A DNA stretch of 64,000 bases from an uncultured Acidobacteriota bacterium (GTDB lineage Bacteria; Acidobacteriota; Thermoanaerobaculia; Gp7-AA8). Positions 9,054-18,658 of the stretch are shown one piece after another; within the stretch, counting starts at the first letter, position 1, and each line of letters begins with the position of its first letter. Under the pieces are notes generated by a model. That model was not told the origin of the DNA, did no database searches, and was given only the letters and a program-made list of their open reading frames with translations. Both the position numbers and the translations under genes were made by a program. The stretch is from the NCBI GenBank assembly GCA_963822445.1, contig CAWGHO010000002.1, forward strand, positions 1,632,001-1,696,000, in the 5' to 3' direction.

Positions 9054-12000
9054 ATGCTCAACCAGGTCCTCATTGTTGCCGGCGAGCACGCCGCGCGCAC
9101 GCCGTCGGAGGTCGCGCGCTCGCTCCGCCTGACACCGGTCGTGGCCGGCTCCGCGCAGGAGGCAGTCGACCTTCTCGAGCGCCATGCATTTCGTCTGATC
9201 GCCGTCAGCGGCAGCTCCGCCTGGCAGCACGTGCGCGATGCCGCGGAGAGCAAGCAGCCGATGACGCGCGTGCTCGAATTGCCCGAGGCATCGTCGGACG
9301 ATTCCGCGATCCGCACGCTGATGGTTCGCTACCTTGCGCCGTCGACGGAGCGCTCGCGCTTCTCGGCGGAAGAGCGTTATCGCTTCCTTTCCACGATGCT
9401 CGAGTCGTTCACGGCGACGCTCGACCTCCGCGAAGTGCTGCGCCGCATCGTCTCGAGCACGCGTGAAGAGTTCGGCGCAGACCGCGCCTGGCTCCTGCAT
9501 CCGGTCAACGAGCAATCCGAATTCGCGAAAGTCGCCTTCACGGTCACCGCGACCGGAACCGCCGGCGACCTCGCCGACAAAGGTCCGGTCCCGCTCACCG
9601 GCTCGCACAACCTCATCCGCCGCGGACTGGAATCCTCGCGGCCGGTGACGATCGCCGAGGGCGATCCCGATCTCGATCCGGCGCTGGCGGAGCGCTTCAG
9701 GATCCGCTCGGCGATGATCCAGATCCTCCGGCCGCGCGAAGACGAGCCCTGGGCCTTCGGTCTGCACATGTGCGAGACCGATCGCGAGTGGTCGGAAGAA
9801 GAGAGCTCGCTCTTTGCGGAGATCGGCCGCTACGCGACGCTGGCCCTCAACAACACCCTCCTGCACAACCGCGCCATCCGCGAGATGGCCAAGGTCAACG
9901 CCATCCTCGATCAGATTCCGGAGTCGGCCGCGATCTACGACCGCGATGGACGCCTCGAGCGCATGAACGCCGCGGCGCTGCGCGAACCGGCCGCGCTCTT
10001 CGCGGCGGATGGCGAAGGAAAGCCGCGCGAAGTGACCCGTCAGCGGTACGTCGACGGCAGTCCGCTTTCGCCCGACGAGCTTCCGGCGCGGCGCGCGCTT
10101 CGCGGCGAGACGGTCAAATCCGATTACCTCGTGCATGACGCGCGCACCGAGGATGACCGCGTCATCAATCTCAAGGCCGCGCCGATCCGCGACGACAAGG
10201 GCCGCATCATCGGCTCCGTTCTGCTTTCGCGCGACGTGACCGAGGAGCGGCAGACCGCGGAGCGCGAATCATGGCGCCGCCGCCGCGCCGAATGCCTGGC
10301 CAACCTCGGCCTCGAGATGGCCGCGATGCAGACCACCTTCGACAACCTCGACGACTCCGCGCAGCGCATCGCCCAGGCCGTCGATGGAATGGTTCGCATC
10401 TACCTCTACCATCCCGGCAACGGCACGCTGGACCTGGTCGGCTACAGCGCGATTCCTGGTGAGCTCGAAGAGCACCGCACCTACTTCACGTCTCATCCGT
10501 ACCGGCCCGGCGAAGGTCTGCCCGGCACGGTCTTCCACATCGGCCGGCCGTTGCTGTTCTTCGAAGTGCGCGGCGACGCGCTGCTCGATTTCTCGCGCGA
10601 CGAGGAAGAGCGCAAGGTCAAAGCCGCGCTGCACGAGCAAAGCCTCATCGCCTGTCCCATCGAGTCGTACGGCGAGCGCATCGGCGCGCTGATCATTTCC
10701 CAGCCCGATCCGCGCCGGAACTTCGATGCCGAGGATCTGGAGTTCGCGCAGTCGATCGCGGATCGCATCGGCGCCGCGAGCCACATCCACCGCCTGACGC
10801 GCATCGCCCAGGATGGACATCGCGCCGCGGAAGAGCTGGCCCGCAGCGAGGTCGATGCGCGCGTCCGCTTCGAAGCGGTCCTCGAGAGCGCGCCGATCGG
10901 CATCGCCGTCGTTTCCGCGGACGAGCTCCGTTACGAGCTCGCCAACGCCCGCTACCTCGACTTCGCGGCGCGCTTCGGCAAGATCTCCAACGACACCAAG
11001 GTCATCGGCCTGCGCGTCAGCGAGGTCATCCCGGGCGTCGAGCAGATCCTCAAGCAGGTCGCCGAGACCGCTGAGCCGCGCATCGACGAAGAGCTGGTCG
11101 TCGACGACACGTACGTCAATCGCATCATCTCCGCGGCGCGTGGCCGCTTCTCCGGAATCACCCAGTCGCTGACCATCCTCGTGCAGGACGTCACCGATCA
11201 GGTCCTGGCCCGCCGCGAGGTCGAGAACCTGGCCGCGATGATGGCCGAGCGCTCCGCGCGTCTCGACTCGATCCTCGGATCGATGACCGACGGTCTGTGG
11301 GTTTACGACGTGAACGGCGCGGTGGTCGACGTCAATCAGGCCGCGCTCAACATGTTCGGACTGGCTTCGCGTGCCGAGGCGATCGAGCATGGGTCGTTCG
11401 AGCGCTTGCACCTGCGCGATTCGGAAGGCCGTCCGATCTCGCGCACGGAAATGCCGTATGCGCGAGCGTTGTCCGGGCAGACCGTTCCCGACTACCTCGC
11501 CATCGGCAAGCACTTCATCACCGGCCGCGATCTCGATCTGTCCATCGCCGCCGCGCCGATCGAGAGCAAAGGCATCGTCGGCGCGGTCCTGGTCATCCGC
11601 GACATCACCGCGCTGCAGGAGCTCGATCGCAAGAAGGACGAGTTCCTCTCCGTCGCATCGCACGAGTTGCGCACGCCCCTGACGACGATCAAGGGGTACA
11701 CGCAGCTCCTCGCGCAGACCGTGAACGAGCTCGAGCCCGACGAGCGCGCGACCTACATCAACGCGGTCCTCGGCGAGATCGAGCGGATGATGGGGCTGAT
11801 CTCCGAGCTCCTCGACGTCTCGCGCATCGAGACCAACCGCCTGCAGATCCATCCCCAGCCGATCCGCTGGATCGACTTCATCGCCGGACGCATCTCCGCG
11901 TTCCGCGTGCAGCACACCTCGCGCGACATCCGCTTCGAAGTGTCGACGCCGGAAACCGCCGTGCATGCCGATCCCGATCGCATGCGCCAGGTCATCGACA

Positions 12001-12308
12001 ACCTGCTCTCGAACGCGTTGAAGTATTCGGCGGAAGGAACGGAGATCGACGTGAACGTCGTGGTGGAGGGATCGTTCATCCTCACCTCGATCACCGACCA
12101 CGGCATCGGCATCCCCCGCGACGAGATCCCCCAGCTGTTCGAGCGCTTCCACCGCGCGCGCAACGTCTCCAGCCGCTACTACGGCGGCCTCGGTCTCGGC
12201 CTCTACATCGCCAGGGCCATCGTCGATGCGCACGGCGGCAGGATCATCGTGATGAGCGACGAAGGCTCGGGGTCGACGTTCACCGTGTGCATGCCGCTGC
12301 CGGCTTAA
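9054..12308 (+). CDS. Multi-sensor histidine kinase (pseudo-REC, GAF, PAS, GAF, PAS, PAS, HisKA, HATPase)
   Basis: H-box SHELRTPLT, N-box NLLSNALKYS, DHGIGI, GLGLGL; GAF and PAS-type segments. Confidence 0.92.
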   Translation: MLNQVLIVAGEHAARTPSEVARSLRLTPVVAGSAQEAVDLLERHAFRLIAVSGSSAWQHVRDAAESKQPMTRVLELPEASSDDSAIRTLMVRYLAPSTERSRFSAEERYRFLSTMLESFTATLDLREVLRRIVSSTREEFGADRAWLLHPVNEQSEFAKVAFTVTATGTAGDLADKGPVPLTGSHNLIRRGLESSRPVTIAEGDPDLDPALAERFRIRSAMIQILRPREDEPWAFGLHMCETDREWSEEESSLFAEIGRYATLALNNTLLHNRAIREMAKVNAILDQIPESAAIYDRDGRLERMNAAALREPAALFAADGEGKPREVTRQRYVDGSPLSPDELPARRALRGETVKSDYLVHDARTEDDRVINLKAAPIRDDKGRIIGSVLLSRDVTEERQTAERESWRRRRAECLANLGLEMAAMQTTFDNLDDSAQRIAQAVDGMVRIYLYHPGNGTLDLVGYSAIPGELEEHRTYFTSHPYRPGEGLPGTVFHIGRPLLFFEVRGDALLDFSRDEEERKVKAALHEQSLIACPIESYGERIGALIISQPDPRRNFDAEDLEFAQSIADRIGAASHIHRLTRIAQDGHRAAEELARSEVDARVRFEAVLESAPIGIAVVSADELRYELANARYLDFAARFGKISNDTKVIGLRVSEVIPGVEQILKQVAETAEPRIDEELVVDDTYVNRIISAARGRFSGITQSLTILVQDVTDQVLARREVENLAAMMAERSARLDSILGSMTDGLWVYDVNGAVVDVNQAALNMFGLASRAEAIEHGSFERLHLRDSEGRPISRTEMPYARALSGQTVPDYLAIGKHFITGRDLDLSIAAAPIESKGIVGAVLVIRDITALQELDRKKDEFLSVASHELRTPLTTIKGYTQLLAQTVNELEPDERATYINAVLGEIERMMGLISELLDVSRIETNRLQIHPQPIRWIDFIAGRISAFRVQHTSRDIRFEVSTPETAVHADPDRMRQVIDNLLSNALKYSAEGTEIDVNVVVEGSFILTSITDHGIGIPRDEIPQLFERFHRARNVSSRYYGGLGLGLYIARAIVDAHGGRIIVMSDEGSGSTFTVCMPLPA

Positions 12309-12325
12309 CTTCACGCCGACTTCAC
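12309..12325 (+). promoter_or_regulatory. Pho-box-like direct repeat
   Basis: CTTCAC at 12309 and 12320 (11-bp period), 32 nt before -10 TACTCT of the porin-pstS operon. Confidence 0.65.
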
Positions 12326-12370
12326 ACGCTGCCCCTGCCGGCTTTTCATCGGCCACCTACTCTGCGGCCC

Positions 12371-13510
12371 ATGAAGAAACTGCATTTCGCGATCATCGTG
12401 TGCGCGGCGCTCCTCGTATCGGCGCCCGTCTTTGCCCAGGACACACCGCCGGAGGAAACGCCGGCCGAGCAGACTCCGACCGAGGAAAGCGCGCCTGAGG
12501 AAAACCCGCTGGCCGAGGCGATGACGGAGCTTCGCAATTCCGTCGAGAACCTCAACCGCATGCGCCTCAGCGGCTACATCCAGGCGCAGTACGTCAACGA
12601 CGAGCGCTCGCTGAACGAGCTGTCGTCTCCCACCGCCACGCGCAATCTCGATCAGTTCTCCGTGCGCCGCGCGCGGGTGAAGTTCACCTATCAATTCAGC
12701 CCGACCTCGCGGTTCGTCCTGCAGCCGGACGTGACCAGCTCCGGCGTGACGCTCAAGGACGGTTACGTCGAATTCACCGAGCCCTGGACGACGTGGAAGC
12801 ACACGCTGACGGCCGGCCAGTTCAACTGGCCGTTCGGCTTCGAGATCATGTACTCCTCGAGCTCGCGCGAAGTGCCGGAGCGCTCGCGCGTGGTGCGCAC
12901 GCTCTTCCCCGGCGAACGCGATCGCGGCGTGATGCTCTCCGGCCTCGGTCTTCGCGAGAAGCTCAGTTACCGCGTCGCGGTCGTGAACGGCACAGGCACC
13001 TCGCAGAGTTTCGACGTCAACAAGCGCAAAGACGTCGTCGGCCGTCTCGGGTACTCGTTTGGTCCCGTCGATGTGGGCCTGTCGGCGTATCGCGGCTCCG
13101 ATCTCGTCGCCACGAGCACCAACAGCCGCGGCATCGAGTTCGACAAAGAGCGAAACGGCATCGACGTGCAATGGATCACTCCGATCCAGGGCCTTGGACT
13201 GCGCGGTGAGTACATCACCGGCAAGCAGGCCCCGTCGTCCGGCTCGAGCCGCAGCGTCTCGCAGGACGTGAACGGCTGGTACTTCTACGCCATCCAGAAC
13301 CTCGGCACGCGGCATCAGTTCGTGGTGCGCCTCGATCAGTACGACGCCGATACGAACGTCGACAACAACGCGATACGCACGATCAACCCGAGCTACATCT
13401 TCCACTGGGATGCGAACAGCAAAGTGATGGCTTCCTACGAGCTCATCGAGACCCAGGCCAACGATCCGGACGACAACGTCTTCACGCTTCGCTACCAGTA
13501 CAGCTTCTAG
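12371..13510 (+). CDS. Phosphate-selective outer-membrane porin (OprO/OprP-like)
   Basis: Signal peptide; SGYIQAQY, FSVRRAR, LKDGY, AGQF..PFG.E, RDRG; C-terminal YQYSF; directly upstream of pstS. Confidence 0.85.
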   Translation: MKKLHFAIIVCAALLVSAPVFAQDTPPEETPAEQTPTEESAPEENPLAEAMTELRNSVENLNRMRLSGYIQAQYVNDERSLNELSSPTATRNLDQFSVRRARVKFTYQFSPTSRFVLQPDVTSSGVTLKDGYVEFTEPWTTWKHTLTAGQFNWPFGFEIMYSSSSREVPERSRVVRTLFPGERDRGVMLSGLGLREKLSYRVAVVNGTGTSQSFDVNKRKDVVGRLGYSFGPVDVGLSAYRGSDLVATSTNSRGIEFDKERNGIDVQWITPIQGLGLRGEYITGKQAPSSGSSRSVSQDVNGWYFYAIQNLGTRHQFVVRLDQYDADTNVDNNAIRTINPSYIFHWDANSKVMASYELIETQANDPDDNVFTLRYQYSF

Positions 13511-13522
13511 GAGAACCCCACA

Positions 13523-14344
13523 ATGAAAAGGATCCTCAGCGCACTTCTCACTGCCGCGATCGCACTGCCGTTGCTCGCCGCGAAACCGATCTCGATCAAA
13601 GGCTCGGACACGATGGTCATCATGAACGCGCGTCTCGCGGAGACGTTCATGAGCAAGCAGCCCGGCACGGTCATTCAGGTCACCGGCGGCGGTTCGGGCG
13701 TCGGCATCGCCGCGCTGATCAACGGCACGACCGACATCGCGGCGTCCTCACGTCCGATCAAGACCAGCGAGATCGACAAGCTGAAGGCGCGTTTCGCCAC
13801 GGTCGGCTACACCTACCCGATCGCGCGCGACGGTCTGTCGGTTTATCTCAACACCGCCAACCCCGTGAAAGAGCTCACCCTCGGCCAGATCCGCGACATT
13901 TACACGGGAAAGATCACCAACTGGAAGCAGGTCGGCGGCAACGACACGACGATCCTCATTTACTCGCGCGAGAACTCGTCCGGCACTTACACCTACTTCA
14001 AGGACAACGTCCTCATGGGCAAGGATTTTTCGCCGCGCGCGCAGACCCTGCAGGGCACCGCGGGCGTCGTGAATGCGGTGGCGAAGGATCCGAACGGCAT
14101 CGGCTACGGCGGTGCGGCCTACGCGAAGGGCATCAAGTTCGCGGCCGTGAAGAAGGATGAGAAGAGTCCGGCCATCCTCCCGTCGCTCGAGACGGTTCGC
14201 ACGGGCCAGTATCCGATCAGCCGCTATCTCTATCTTTATACGCGGGTGAAGCCGTCGAAGGAGATGAAGTCGTTCATCGATTGGGCGACCGGGCCGGAAG
14301 GGCAGGCCATCGTCAGCAAGGTGGGGTATTTCCCGGTGAAGTGA
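13523..14344 (+). CDS. pstS: Phosphate ABC transporter substrate-binding protein (soluble periplasmic type)
   Basis: IKGSDTM, GGGSGVG, SRENSSGT, YPISRYLY; Sec signal without lipobox. Confidence 0.93.
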   Translation: MKRILSALLTAAIALPLLAAKPISIKGSDTMVIMNARLAETFMSKQPGTVIQVTGGGSGVGIAALINGTTDIAASSRPIKTSEIDKLKARFATVGYTYPIARDGLSVYLNTANPVKELTLGQIRDIYTGKITNWKQVGGNDTTILIYSRENSSGTYTYFKDNVLMGKDFSPRAQTLQGTAGVVNAVAKDPNGIGYGGAAYAKGIKFAAVKKDEKSPAILPSLETVRTGQYPISRYLYLYTRVKPSKEMKSFIDWATGPEGQAIVSKVGYFPVK

Positions 14345-14388
14345 GCGCGGTGTAGTGCCTGCACCACACGCGCTTACAATCGCGCGCC

Positions 14389-15891
14389 GTGCCGATCCCC
14401 CTGTCCTCCCGCCGCCGCTGGGCTGTCACCGCCGGCGTGATGACGGGAATGCTCCTCGCGGCTCTCGAAGGAACGGTGGTCGGTACGGCGATGCCGACCA
14501 TCGTCGCCGCGCTGGGAGGGCTCGCTCACTACAGCTGGGTCGTCTCGGCCTACCTGCTCACGTCGACGGTCACCGTTCCCGTCTGGGGCAAGCTCTCCGA
14601 CCTCTTCGGCCGCCGTCCGATTTTTCAGATCGGGATCGGCGTCTTCCTTCTCGGATCGCTGGCCTGCGGCATGTCCCAGTCGATGACTCAGCTCATCATC
14701 GCGCGCGCCGCGCAGGGGCTCGGCGCCGGCGCGCTGGTGCCGCTGGCCATGACCATCATCGGCGACATCTTCACCCTCGAGGAGCGGGCGAAGATGCAGG
14801 GGCTGTTCAGCGGAGTCTGGGGAGTTTCGAGCGTCGTCGGCCCGCTGCTCGGCGGCTTCGTCACCGACCAGCTCTCGTGGCGCTGGGTCTTCTACATCAA
14901 CCTTCCGGTCGGCATCGCCGCGGCGCTGATCATCGGCTTCGCGCTCATCGAGCAGAAACGGGAAGAGAAGCCTTCCATCGATTACGCCGGCGCGGCGCTG
15001 CTCACCGCCGCGGTCACGATTCTGCTGCTCGTCCTGAGCGCGCAACATCTCTTCACGTTGCGCAACGCAGCGCTCGCGGCGATCACGATCGTGCTGTTCG
15101 CGATCTTCGTTTACGTCGAGCGGCGGGCGGCGGATCCGGTCGTACCGTTCGCGCTCTTCCGCAATCGAGTCGTCGCCGTGGCGATCGTGGTCGGCTTCCT
15201 GGCGGGCATCGCGATGTTCGCCGTGATCACCTTCATCCCGCTGCTGGCCCAGGGCGTCCTCGGCGCGACGGCGACCGAGGCGGGGACGTTCTTGACGCCG
15301 CTGATGCTGTCGTGGGTTTTCGCGTCGATCGTCGGCGGGCGGCTGCTGATCCGGCTCGGCTCGCGGTCGATCGTGGTGGCCGGGCTGGCGTTGATGTTCG
15401 CGGGATTCGCGGCGCTGGCGACATTCACGCGGGCGACGCCGCGCGGTCTGATCATCGCCGAGCTGATTCTCATCGGCTCCGGACTCGGCCTGACCATGCT
15501 CACGCTGCTCATCGCCTCACAGCATTCCGTGCCGCGCGAGCAACTCGGCATCACCACGTCGCTCAACCAGTTCTCGCGCTCGATCGGCGGGACGGTCGGC
15601 GTCGCGCTCCTCGGCGCATTTCTCACAGCGGGACTCGCGCAGTTCTCGGCGAATCCGAATGCGCTCATCAACGCCGAAGCACGGGTTCACCTGCCGGCGG
15701 CGGAGCTGCTCGCGTTGCAGGGGGCGTTGGAGGGATCGTTGCGGACGATCTTCGCCGTCTGCGCGATGGTCGTGGTGGTTGCGCTCGCGGCGGCGATCAC
15801 ATTGCCGGCAAGCCGCCTCGGCGCGCATGCGGAACGGATGGTGATGGCGGAGATGACCACCATCGACTCCGAGCACGAGCCCGAGGGGTGA
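14389..15891 (+). CDS. MFS drug:H+ antiporter (DHA2, 14-TM)
   Basis: LEGTVVGTAMPTI, GKLSDLFGRR, RAAQGLGAG, WRWVFYINLP. Confidence 0.92.
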   Translation: MPIPLSSRRRWAVTAGVMTGMLLAALEGTVVGTAMPTIVAALGGLAHYSWVVSAYLLTSTVTVPVWGKLSDLFGRRPIFQIGIGVFLLGSLACGMSQSMTQLIIARAAQGLGAGALVPLAMTIIGDIFTLEERAKMQGLFSGVWGVSSVVGPLLGGFVTDQLSWRWVFYINLPVGIAAALIIGFALIEQKREEKPSIDYAGAALLTAAVTILLLVLSAQHLFTLRNAALAAITIVLFAIFVYVERRAADPVVPFALFRNRVVAVAIVVGFLAGIAMFAVITFIPLLAQGVLGATATEAGTFLTPLMLSWVFASIVGGRLLIRLGSRSIVVAGLALMFAGFAALATFTRATPRGLIIAELILIGSGLGLTMLTLLIASQHSVPREQLGITTSLNQFSRSIGGTVGVALLGAFLTAGLAQFSANPNALINAEARVHLPAAELLALQGALEGSLRTIFAVCAMVVVVALAAAITLPASRLGAHAERMVMAEMTTIDSEHEPEG

Positions 15892-15898
15892 GGGGTGA

Positions 15899-16270
15899 TC
15901 AGGCGCAGTGCGCCAGCGCGGCGTCGATGACCTGGTCGACGTCGGCGGGCTTCACGATCGTGCTGGTCACCAGCGCTTTCGCCGCCGCGGCGACGCGCTC
16001 CCAGATGTCGGGATAGCCGGTAACGACGACGACGTTCGGTTGTTTCGGGCGCGCGGCAATCGTGTCCAGCAGCGGCGTCGTGTCGCCCTGGCCCATCCGC
16101 AGGTCGAGCAGGATGCCGCAGTAGTCGCTCGAACGGCTGATCAGGTCATCCGCTTCGGAAACCGTTTCGGCGACGTCGGCGTCGATCAGGCGGCGCTGGC
16201 AGCGCATGGCGAGCGACCAGCGGAATGCGTAGTCATCTTCGACGATGAGCACACGGTGGGTATGGGACAC
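15899..16270 (-). CDS. Single-domain response regulator
   Basis: VLIVEDD, ILLDLRM, VVTG, KP. Confidence 0.85.
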   Translation of the reverse strand: MSHTHRVLIVEDDYAFRWSLAMRCQRRLIDADVAETVSEADDLISRSSDYCGILLDLRMGQGDTTPLLDTIAARPKQPNVVVVTGYPDIWERVAAAAKALVTSTIVKPADVDQVIDAALAHCA

Positions 16271-16332
16271 GGTCTCGATCTCCTGCCAGGGCGATGGTTT
16301 TGGACGCTCGCTTCTTTATACAACAGGCCCGG

Positions 16333-17148
16333 TCAGCGTGGCGCTACGGTCGTGACCTGCTGCGTTTTGTTGTTCGTGATGCTCACGAACGCCCAGTAGG
16401 GCACGGGCGGCAGAAGCGCCATCGGCTCGGTCATCGGCTCGATCGAAACGCGTACGCGATTCACGCCGCCGATCTCGATGGCGAACAGATCGGTGAGTGT
16501 GATCTGCGCGAGCGAAGTGCCGATCTGATTCGGCGGCGGCGGCGGAGGAAGCTCGAGGGTGACGACGTCGTCACGGAGCAGGCGGTCATCGGCGGTGCCG
16601 GTCACTTCGTACAGCTTCACGCGCAACCGCGCCGTGGCCAGGTTGTCGAGCAGCGCGTAAATGCGGAGGGTCTGCCGGTAGTCGCTGCCGAAGGGGATGT
16701 TGGTCATGTGCGAGGGATTGGTGAAGAAGTCGCGCTCGCGCACGACGGGGATCTCGGCGCCCCACGATTCCGACTGACGATTCAGATCGCGCACGTGGAG
16801 CGTGAAGGCGATCTGGCCGGCGTGGTCGGCCGGCACGAGGAGCAGCACGCCCGGGCTGCTCGGGCTTCCGAGCGCGGGAATGCGCGTGGTGCGGCCGGGC
16901 GCGAGCTCGAACGACGGCGCACAAGCCACATTGGAGCCGCCAAGCGTGCAGGGCAGCGTGCCGACGACCACCGGCTGACCGTTGGCGTTCATCGCCCACA
17001 GTTCGGCGGTCCAGAGGGAGTTGTTCGCGCCGGCTACGTCATCGACGCTGATCGGCACGAGCACGCGCTGGAGCGGCGGCGGCGTGAGCGCGTTGGCGGT
17101 GACGGTCAGCAGCGTGAGAGCGAGGGCAGCGATGCGGAGGAAGGCCAT
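16333..17148 (-). CDS. Exported hypothetical beta-rich protein
   Basis: Signal peptide MAFLRIAALALTLLTVTANA; ends YWAFVSITNNKTQQVTTVAPR. Confidence 0.7.
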   Translation of the reverse strand: MAFLRIAALALTLLTVTANALTPPPLQRVLVPISVDDVAGANNSLWTAELWAMNANGQPVVVGTLPCTLGGSNVACAPSFELAPGRTTRIPALGSPSSPGVLLLVPADHAGQIAFTLHVRDLNRQSESWGAEIPVVRERDFFTNPSHMTNIPFGSDYRQTLRIYALLDNLATARLRVKLYEVTGTADDRLLRDDVVTLELPPPPPPNQIGTSLAQITLTDLFAIEIGGVNRVRVSIEPMTEPMALLPPVPYWAFVSITNNKTQQVTTVAPR

Positions 17149-17182
17149 GCCTGATTGTACGGACATAGGCGCCGCGTTCGCT

Positions 17183-17199
17183 CTTCACCGCGGTTTCAC
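17183..17199 (+). promoter_or_regulatory. Pho-box-like direct repeat
   Basis: CTTCAC at 17183 and TTTCAC at 17194 (11-bp period). Confidence 0.45.
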
Positions 17200-17216
17200 A
17201 GGCTATCGCCTGCGAG

Positions 17217-17384
17217 ATGCGTCATCTCGCCGCGCGCTGCTACAGCCCCGTGTATTGCGCGAGCGCGATCGGCTACTACGAGCAGGTCATCGTGATGCAC
17301 GGCGGCACATCGGTGACTGCCGAGGAAGTGCTCTGCCAATGCGAAGGCGCTGAAGCGTGCGTGTTCCGGCTGCGCTGGTCATGA
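17217..17384 (+). CDS. 55-aa Cys-rich V4R-like mini-protein or gene remnant (not in ORF track)
   Basis: MRHLAARCYSPVYCASAIGYYEQVIVMHGGTSVTAEEVLCQCEGAEACVFRLRWS; C...G...E..C...G...C.F...W pattern; in-frame TAG at 17166 limits upstream extension. Confidence 0.5.
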   Translation: MRHLAARCYSPVYCASAIGYYEQVIVMHGGTSVTAEEVLCQCEGAEACVFRLRWS

Positions 17385-17394
17385 GGCCGCGATT

Positions 17395-17422
17395 CTTTAC
17401 ACGCTCTGTACATCCGATCCAC
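17395..17422 (+). promoter_or_regulatory. Pho-box-like triple repeat
   Basis: CTTTAC 17395, CTGTAC 17406, ATCCAC 17417 (11-bp period). Confidence 0.45.
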
Positions 17423-17466
17423 ATGGTTGTGGCGCATGATTCGCGCGTCATAACGCGAGAGATCCC

Positions 17467-17697
17467 ATGGCAAAAAGAAACCGCTTCCTCTACACGTGGT
17501 CGGGGGGTGTGTTGGGGCGGGTTGGGTCGGTACCCGAGGCTCGCCTGCGGGCCTGGGAGTACGACATCGTTTCGGCGGATGGGTGGTTGTCGGACGCCGA
17601 TGGCGTGACGGACACCGTGCGGCTCTGGCGCACGCGGCGACCTGATCTCGCTCCGCCGGAGCTGTGGGTCGGCGACGTGGAAGTCGTCGAGGCCTGA
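17467..17697 (+). CDS. Small hypothetical protein (76 aa)
   Basis: ATG ORF with GAGAG upstream, fills the gap before pstS. Confidence 0.5.
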   Translation: MAKRNRFLYTWSGGVLGRVGSVPEARLRAWEYDIVSADGWLSDADGVTDTVRLWRTRRPDLAPPELWVGDVEVVEA

Positions 17698-17702
17698 ACG
17701 CG

Positions 17703-17719
17703 CTTTACACCGAATTTAC
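17703..17719 (+). promoter_or_regulatory. Pho-box-like direct repeat
   Basis: CTTTAC 17703 and ATTTAC 17714, 32 nt before -10 TATCGT (17752) of pstSCAB. Confidence 0.65.
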
Positions 17720-17767
17720 ATCGCCTTCCCTCTCCCTAGACGCCGCGGTCCTATCGTCCCTCTCGAC

Positions 17768-18658
17768 ATGAACACGCTCAACGCCCGAATTGTCTTTGCC
17801 CTCACCTTCGCGCTCCTGCTCGCGGCCTGCGGCGGTGGAGAGAAACAGTCCACCGATACCGCGGCTGGCGGCAGCACCGCGTCCTCCAGCAACAAACCCA
17901 TCACCATCAAGGGCTCGGACACGATGGTCATCCTCGGCCAGCGCCTCGCCGAGGAGTACATGACCAAAAATCCCGGTACGGTCGTGCAGGTCAATGGCGG
18001 CGGCAGCGGCACCGGCATCGCCGCACTTCTGAACGGCACGGCCGATCTCGCGCAGTCCTCGCGGCCGATGAAAGGTGACGAGAAGGAGAAGGCGAAGACG
18101 GCGCGGGGCGCTGATGTGGTCGAGCTTCCCGTCGCCCTCGATGGGCTGGCCGTCTTCGTTCACCAGAGCAATCCCGTCAAGTCGCTGACACTCGCGCAGG
18201 TAAAGGACATTTTCCAGGGCAAGATCAAAAACTGGAGCGCCGTCGGTGGACCGAATACGACGATCATCCTGTACGGCCGCGAGAATTCATCGGGCACGTA
18301 CGACTACTTCCGCGAGCACGTCCTGAACAAGGAAGACTTCACCCCGGCGGTGCAGACCCTTCAGGGCACGGCCGCGGTCATCAACGCCGTCAGCAGCGAC
18401 AGAAACAGCATCGGCTACGGCGGCATCGCCTACGCGAAGGATGCGCGAGCGCTGGCGATCTCGCAGGAGGGCAAGCCGGCGGTGGCACCGAACGAAGCGA
18501 CGGTGGCCGACGGCACGTATCCGCTGGCCCGCAAGCTCTTCTTCTATTACCCGTCGAACGCGCCGGAACGGGTGAAGACGTTCGCCGAATGGTCGGTGAC
18601 GCCGGAAGCGCAGGCGCTCGTGACGAAGGTCGGTTACTTCCCGCTCCCGACGAAATGA
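17768..18658 (+). CDS. pstS: Phosphate ABC transporter substrate-binding lipoprotein
   Basis: Lipobox LAAC; IKGSDTM, GGGSGTG, GRENSSGT. Confidence 0.93.
   Translation: MNTLNARIVFALTFALLLAACGGGEKQSTDTAAGGSTASSSNKPITIKGSDTMVILGQRLAEEYMTKNPGTVVQVNGGGSGTGIAALLNGTADLAQSSRPMKGDEKEKAKTARGADVVELPVALDGLAVFVHQSNPVKSLTLAQVKDIFQGKIKNWSAVGGPNTTIILYGRENSSGTYDYFREHVLNKEDFTPAVQTLQGTAAVINAVSSDRNSIGYGGIAYAKDARALAISQEGKPAVAPNEATVADGTYPLARKLFFYYPSNAPERVKTFAEWSVTPEAQALVTKVGYFPLPTK

Noticed and set aside
9003-10136. Apparent long N-terminal extension of MazG (also extensions of the porin, DUF1385, GT21, pilin, chaperone and O-methyltransferase ORFs)
   Set aside because: They overlap neighbouring real genes; better starts with SD or -10 signals lie downstream
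10269-12356. 695-aa minus-strand ORF (likewise 22045-23994, 33126-34679, 59505-61004, 1877-3181)
   Set aside because: Each is antisense to well-supported genes and has shadow-ORF composition
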